The position numbers were made by a program, and so were the translations under genes. Source: Bdellovibrionales bacterium (GTDB lineage Bacteria; Bdellovibrionota; Bdellovibrionia; Bdellovibrionales; JAUICD01). Taken from it: 64,000 nucleotides of DNA. The notes beneath the pieces are model-generated. The model was not told the DNA's origin, ran no database searches, and worked only from the letters and a program-made list of their open reading frames with translations. Shown piece after piece: positions 58,621-64,000 of this stretch (within the stretch, counting starts at the first letter, position 1; every line of letters begins with the position of its first letter). The stretch spans positions 256,001 to 320,000 of the forward strand of contig OZ253553.1 of NCBI GenBank assembly GCA_965262715.1. The letters are read 5' to 3'.

Positions 58621-59991
58621 TTATAAAGATGTGATTTCAGCAAATTTGGCGGTGAAGTGGCGTAGAAACTGAGGCTCTTCAACAATCTTAACTCCTACAA
58701 TGCTCTTTCTTTTTTTATAAAGCTCTCCTAAAGCATGCGCCACATAAAGAATATGATCATTTGTATATACCCGGCGAGGGATGGCTAGTCTGACAAATTC
58801 ATAGGGAGGAGGGCTTGTAGGAAACATCACAGAGCCAATTTCCACAGATCGGATGCCAAAGTGACGGTAAAGAGCTATCACTAAAGCTTGTCCAGGAAAT
58901 TGCTCTATTGGAATATGAGGTAAAAAATGAGAGGCATTTACATAAACAGCATGTCCTCCAGTTGGCCTAATAATAGAAATACCCTGATCAATAAGCTTTT
59001 GACCTAAAAGCTCAACCTGTTTTGTCCGGAAAAGAAGATAGTCTTCTTCTATCACTTCTTTTAAACCTTGGGCCATAGCTTCTAGGTCTCTACCTGCAAG
59101 TCCTCCGTAAGTTTTAAAACCTTCATGGAGGATCAGTCTATTACAAATAGATTGAAATAATTTTTCATTTTTTTTATTAAGTGTGATAAAGCCTCCAATG
59201 TTGACAAGCGCATCCTTTTTTCCTGAAACAATAGAACCATCAACTAGAGAGAAAACTTCACGGATAATATCTCTGAGTGGTCTTTTGATCTGACCAGCTT
59301 CTTTCTGCTGAATAAAATAACAGTTTTCAGCAAATCGGCTGGCATCCAGGAAAAAAGGGATGTCGTATTTATCTAGAATAGCTTTAACAGCTTTGATATT
59401 TTCTAAAGAAGCTGGTTGTCCTCCAGCAGAGTTATTAGTAAGGGTCATCATTACAAGAGGAATGTTTTCTCTTCCTTTCTCATCAATAATTTTTTGAAGC
59501 CCTTCTAAATCCATATTGCCTTTGAAAGGGTAAGTGTTATCTATTTGAAGAGTTTCTTTGCAAGGCAGGTCAATTGCCTGGCCTCCAAGTTGTTCAATAT
59601 TTGCTCTTGTTGTGTCAAAATGTGTGTTGTTAGGAATAAATATTTTAGGTTTTTCAATCACACTTGAGAAAAAAATATTTTCCGCTCCTCGTCCCTGATG
59701 GGTGGGAATGACATAAGTATGACCAAAGATTTCTTGAACGGTTTCTTGAAACTTATAAAAGCTTTTTGATCCCGCATAAGACTCATCTCCTAAAAACATA
59801 GCACTCCACTGTCGATCGCTCATTGCACTGGTTCCACTATCAGTGAGAAGATCAATATAGACATCTTCAGAGGGGATCTGAAAAACATTGAAATAGGCTT
59901 TTTTAAGGACATGTTCTCTTTTCTCTATAGGAGAAAGTGTGATGTGTTCTACCATTTTTATTTTAAAAGGAGGAGGGGTTCTTTTAAGCAT
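58621..59991 (-). CDS. tnaA: Tryptophanase (beta-eliminating lyase; tyrosine phenol-lyase less likely)
   Basis: IDLLTDSGT, GDESYAG, HQGRGAE, KKD; C-terminal LRHFTA favours TnaA. Confidence 0.8.
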   Translation of the reverse strand: MLKRTPPPFKIKMVEHITLSPIEKREHVLKKAYFNVFQIPSEDVYIDLLTDSGTSAMSDRQWSAMFLGDESYAGSKSFYKFQETVQEIFGHTYVIPTHQGRGAENIFFSSVIEKPKIFIPNNTHFDTTRANIEQLGGQAIDLPCKETLQIDNTYPFKGNMDLEGLQKIIDEKGRENIPLVMMTLTNNSAGGQPASLENIKAVKAILDKYDIPFFLDASRFAENCYFIQQKEAGQIKRPLRDIIREVFSLVDGSIVSGKKDALVNIGGFITLNKKNEKLFQSICNRLILHEGFKTYGGLAGRDLEAMAQGLKEVIEEDYLLFRTKQVELLGQKLIDQGISIIRPTGGHAVYVNASHFLPHIPIEQFPGQALVIALYRHFGIRSVEIGSVMFPTSPPPYEFVRLAIPRRVYTNDHILYVAHALGELYKKRKSIVGVKIVEEPQFLRHFTAKFAEITSL

Positions 59992-60120
59992 TGTAAAGGG
60001 TCTCCAAAATCAATAAAATAGATGTTTTGTGCAAGGTGTAAAAATGTACCGTATATAAGTATACTGTGTCATAATAGGTCATTCAACTTTTAACACAACT
60101 AGTAGAAAAGGAGAAGTTAA

Positions 60121-61746
60121 GTGAATACAGCAGATATTAAAGTGAAAATAGTCAGTGAAAAATCTTTTAAAAGCTTTTTGAAGGGGATGAAAAAAACAAA
60201 GACTGATGTTGAAATTCTATTTTGCTATAGAGGCAAAAAAATAAAGGGTAAATCCTATGAAACTTTTAACCTTCTGCCTAAAAAAGATTTTGTCATCATC
60301 AAGCCAAATGCGCCTGAAGAGACTTTAGAAAGGATCCAAGAAGCTATCAATGAAGAGTCTTTTTTAGCGGAAGATCAGAAAATACTGACATTAAGACATT
60401 GTGGTACAGACACAAAACACACAATTGTGATTGGACTTGGAGATTTAAAAGATCAAGATCATCCATGTCTTGAAATTTTTCGAAAGTGTGGAGGGATTGC
60501 ATTTCAATCTCTATCTGTTATGAAAGCTAAAGAGGCAAAACTCTCTCTTCATCACTTTGATTTATTCTCTCACCAAACAGAAAAGATGTTACATGCATTT
60601 TTATTAGGTTTTAAGCTGGCCAGTTATCGATTTGAAGACCATATCAGTAAAAAATCAGAAGTCCCTTTTAATAGCCTACTATTAACTTTAACTGAATCTT
60701 CGAAAGAAACAAAATCTAAAGAGGTGGCTTTAACAAATAGTATAGAGCAGGCCTCTCATATTTGTGAAGGAATAACATTTGCTAGATGGCTTGCAGATCA
60801 TCCAGGCAATGTGATCAATCCTGTAAGTTTAGCAAAAGAGGTTCAAAAGAAATTCAAGAACACATCTGTTAAGGTAACAGTTTGGGATAAAAACCGTATT
60901 CAGAAAGAACGTATGGGACTTCTTTACGGTGTAGGTCAAGGTAGTAGTGTAGATCCTCGACTTATCATTATGGAATACAAAGGCAAAGGATTAAGTAAAA
61001 ATACAGATCCTGTTTGTTTTGTAGGTAAGGGTATCACTTTTGATTCAGGAGGTATTAGTATTAAGCCTTCTAGATCAATGGAAGAGATGAAATATGACAT
61101 GTGTGGCGCGGCAGATGTGATAGGTACGATGGTGGCATTGGAAAAGCTTCAGGCGAAGGTTCATGCAATTGGAATTATTGCTTCAGCGGAAAACATGCCG
61201 GGCGCGTCTGCAACAAAGCCTGGAGATATTCATTATGCTCGTAATGGTTTATCTGTAGAAGTGTTCAATACAGATGCAGAAGGCCGGTTGGTTTTAGGTG
61301 ATGCTCTTTGTCTAGCAGTAGAAAAAAAACCACAGTTTATTGTTGATGCAGCGACGTTAACGGGCTCAGTAGTTGTTGCATTGGGAGATAACCATACAGG
61401 GTATTTTGTGCGAGGAGAGACTTTAGCAGAGGCTATTGAAAGAGCTCTTGAAGCTACTCAAGAAACCGCTTGGAGGATGCCCTTGGTAGAAGGACATCGC
61501 AAATCAATGAAAGGGATACATGCGGATTTAAAGAATATAGGTGATGGTGATCATCCAGGTGCAGGAAGTGCTAAGGGAGCTGCTTTCTTATCTTATTTTG
61601 TGAGTGGTGATATCCCATGGGCCCATTTTGACATTGCTGGAACTGCCTATAATGTAGGACATTTATACCCTTATTGTCCTAAAAAAGGAGCATCGGGTTT
61701 AATGGTCCGTACTTTTTGCCAACTTGCGCTCAACAGTTTCGAATAG
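60121..61746 (+). CDS. pepA: M17 leucyl aminopeptidase
   Basis: VGKGITFDSGG, MKYDM, NTDAEGRL, WAHFDIAG. Confidence 0.95.
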   Translation: MNTADIKVKIVSEKSFKSFLKGMKKTKTDVEILFCYRGKKIKGKSYETFNLLPKKDFVIIKPNAPEETLERIQEAINEESFLAEDQKILTLRHCGTDTKHTIVIGLGDLKDQDHPCLEIFRKCGGIAFQSLSVMKAKEAKLSLHHFDLFSHQTEKMLHAFLLGFKLASYRFEDHISKKSEVPFNSLLLTLTESSKETKSKEVALTNSIEQASHICEGITFARWLADHPGNVINPVSLAKEVQKKFKNTSVKVTVWDKNRIQKERMGLLYGVGQGSSVDPRLIIMEYKGKGLSKNTDPVCFVGKGITFDSGGISIKPSRSMEEMKYDMCGAADVIGTMVALEKLQAKVHAIGIIASAENMPGASATKPGDIHYARNGLSVEVFNTDAEGRLVLGDALCLAVEKKPQFIVDAATLTGSVVVALGDNHTGYFVRGETLAEAIERALEATQETAWRMPLVEGHRKSMKGIHADLKNIGDGDHPGAGSAKGAAFLSYFVSGDIPWAHFDIAGTAYNVGHLYPYCPKKGASGLMVRTFCQLALNSFE

Positions 61747-61771
61747 CAACATCGCAACAAAGTTTCAAAAT

Positions 61772-63130
61772 TTAAATATTAATTTGCTCTAAACGCCAGC
61801 TTTTGTATTCTAGATTGTAATCCACAAGTTGATTGCGATTTAAACCTGTTCTACTTCCTAAGCGAGTATCACCACTTTCAAGCTCCATCAGATCAAATAA
61901 AACTTTTAAGTGTCCATATCGATCATAGCCTTCCATAACCACTCTTGCAGTCCCACCATTTTCTAAATCCAAAAGCTCATCTTCTAAGTCTTGTTTTCTC
62001 ATTTCAAATAATTCTAGCATTCCGCTGAAAAATAAATACTGTTCTTGGAGAGCTCCTGTAAGGTTTGTTTGAGTAGTTAATTCTCGGTACTCTTCTACAA
62101 AATCTCTAATTTCTATATAATCTTTTGCATAGTGATCTATAAGTATAGAAATCTCAGCATCTAGTCTTATATGTTCTAAGGTGCCGGCAGTGAGCTGTTC
62201 GAGTTGTTCCATTTTGTTTAGGATGGCATTTTGATACATGCCTTGCCTCATAGACCATCTATTGTTGATGACCTGTTGTCTTGAATTGCTTGTATATGCT
62301 ATAAGTCCTGTCCTTGCAGTCTCTCTTCGAGTTTTGTTATCTTTATAAATCTTATAATAATAACCTCCAGCGATAGAGGCAAAACCTGTTATTGTGGCTC
62401 CAGCGAATTTCCATTTATGCCTCATAACAAAAGCTATTCGATTTGATAAAACAGAAGCTACTTTTGTATTGGCAATCCATTTTGTAAATCTTGTTTGACT
62501 GAAAGAGAACCATCCTGCTTGAATTCCTTTTATCAGATAGCTTCCTATAAAACCGTCAAGAGTAAGCCCAGCTACTGTTCCTACCATTCCTCCTGCTTGA
62601 TCAGAACCTAAAACAGCTCGTTTCATAAAATCAGCAAAACCTTCTGGATTGGTTGAGTTGTGAGCTTTAGCACAATCCATAACACCATTTCGAAAATCTG
62701 TAGTATCAACAAGATATTGTGCATACATAGTGGTCAGAGCTAAAATATCTTTATGAGGGTCTTGGTTTTGCATACTTGATGGAAGTATCCCTAGGATATT
62801 CAATGTGGGTGGAAGAATCCCTAAAAAACTTAATGAAAGTCCTTTGCCCATGAAAGAACGGGTTATAAAAAGAAGCCATTCTCTACTTCCCTCTCTAAGT
62901 TCTACATCAGTAGATTGCAAGGAAGCAGTCCATGCTCTTATATCAGAACGAGCAGGGTGCGAGAAATGATATAAAAAGGCATAACAAATTGATGATCCCT
63001 TTCTATATGCAGTTGCTTCAATATAGTTTTTTAAGTCTTGATCTAATTCATTAGCTGCTAAGAGATTTGAAGGCAGTAAAAATGAACAGAATATTGCAAA
63101 GGTTATTATAATGGCTGATGCTTGTTTCAT
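61772..63130 (-). CDS. Secreted/membrane hypothetical protein
   Basis: Signal peptide, Gly-rich hydrophobic segments, helical C-terminus. Confidence 0.65.
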   Translation of the reverse strand: MKQASAIIITFAIFCSFLLPSNLLAANELDQDLKNYIEATAYRKGSSICYAFLYHFSHPARSDIRAWTASLQSTDVELREGSREWLLFITRSFMGKGLSLSFLGILPPTLNILGILPSSMQNQDPHKDILALTTMYAQYLVDTTDFRNGVMDCAKAHNSTNPEGFADFMKRAVLGSDQAGGMVGTVAGLTLDGFIGSYLIKGIQAGWFSFSQTRFTKWIANTKVASVLSNRIAFVMRHKWKFAGATITGFASIAGGYYYKIYKDNKTRRETARTGLIAYTSNSRQQVINNRWSMRQGMYQNAILNKMEQLEQLTAGTLEHIRLDAEISILIDHYAKDYIEIRDFVEEYRELTTQTNLTGALQEQYLFFSGMLELFEMRKQDLEDELLDLENGGTARVVMEGYDRYGHLKVLFDLMELESGDTRLGSRTGLNRNQLVDYNLEYKSWRLEQINI

Positions 63131-63195
63131 GTTTATGTTTCCAGTTTTAAAAATAATATAAGTGTTGAGGTTTAAGATAAGTAATTAGGATATAC

Positions 63196-63231
63196 AAAAA
63201 GACAAAGAAAGACCTAGCCTTTCTTTGTCTT
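63196..63231 (-). terminator. Rho-independent terminator
   Basis: 13-bp stem AAGACAAAGAAAG/CTTTCTTTGTCTT with T-tract on the minus strand. Confidence 0.8.
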
Positions 63232-63241
63232 GTTATTCTTA

Positions 63242-64000
63242 TTAGAGAAGGTCTCTTAATGCTTCTGTGGCAACCCTGACATCTTCTTTTGCTGTGTTTA
63301 GCTCGTCTTGTGTTAAGATGATGGTGTTTGGATCTTCAGAAGCTTGAAGGCGTTCCATAAAGACAGGACCTAAAACAGCTCCTGCAATCAAAACAGGCAA
63401 TGCTACTTTTTGAGCTACAGCTTTAGCCGTACGCATTATTGCTGCATAAGTAGGATTTATCACCTTAGTTAAAGCGGACATTAATTGTCTTGGGTTTATT
63501 TTGAAAGGTCGCCCTAATTCTGTTCTAATATTGACCAAACGCCCACCAAAATAGACATCATCTGTAGTACTTATGAGTAATTCGTTTCCTTGTGGTGTTA
63601 TACGTATTGTTGAGTAGCCTCTCATATCATGATGCCTATTTGTCAATGCGTCGATAGGTTGACCACTTAATCCATAATAAGTAAGTCTTCTTGGTGTACG
63701 ACGATTATCTTTAAATCCTAGTCTCTGTTGAATCCTAATTTCAAGTTCGTGAGGTTGTCTAATTACACCAGGACCCTCTTGATATTGATATAACATATGG
63801 TTGCTCTGAGCATTGTGATTTACACCAACAATTGAAATATCATCTACTATTGTATTAGTTGTCCGTATTCCTTCTATTCCTTCAACTTCTGGTATAACTG
63901 CCAGCCCGTTTATGTTAAGTGAGTTATTACGTAACCGGTTTTGTATATGTTGTTGAGCAGTAAAAAAACCTGGAATAGGATGACGGATTGAACCATCAAA
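63242..64000 (-). CDS. Hypothetical protein, 5' end outside window
   Basis: Frame is open from the window end to the stop at 63242. Confidence 0.65.
   Translation of the reverse strand, partial: FDGSIRHPIPGFFTAQQHIQNRLRNNSLNINGLAVIPEVEGIEGIRTTNTIVDDISIVGVNHNAQSNHMLYQYQEGPGVIRQPHELEIRIQQRLGFKDNRRTPRRLTYYGLSGQPIDALTNRHHDMRGYSTIRITPQGNELLISTTDDVYFGGRLVNIRTELGRPFKINPRQLMSALTKVINPTYAAIMRTAKAVAQKVALPVLIAGAVLGPVFMERLQASEDPNTIILTQDELNTAKEDVRVATEALRDLL

Noticed and set aside
1..64000. tRNA, rRNA or known riboswitch genes
   Set aside because: None recognised by eye; a tRNAscan-SE and Rfam search would be needed to exclude them.

Overview
AT-rich bacterial chromosomal window. A Bdellovibrionota-like, possibly host-associated organism is my inference from the Tad ATPase, AgmX/PglI-C domain, SLT, TPR and ankyrin lipoprotein genes. 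Housekeeping genes (tsaE, truA, pyrF, rpoZ, spoT, ddl, yebC, msrAB, holA, nfuA-like, mutY, tnaA, pepA) are interspersed with toxin-antitoxin and defence-like genes and pseudogenes. The dominant structure is an inverted pair of giant Cys-rich genes with type IV prepilin-like leaders (8007-13013 minus; 40193-45589 plus). They point outward from a ~27-kb core, appear identical over 4013 bp, and then switch abruptly to different tails built from shuffled Cys modules. A decayed third tail lies downstream of copy A. Copy B is cut off from its upstream region by an IS1634 element with a 50-bp target duplication; a different IS1634 with a 164-bp duplication lies downstream of copy A. This architecture could act as a recombinational inversion switch that chooses which adhesin tip is expressed (inference). 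The window also has three families of palindromic repeats whose stems co-vary between copies, one of them an IS903-type MITE interrupting a relE gene. A 51-58 kb region reuses promoter, signal-peptide and terminator modules around unrelated secreted payloads. All calls come from reading the sequence by eye; no searches were run.
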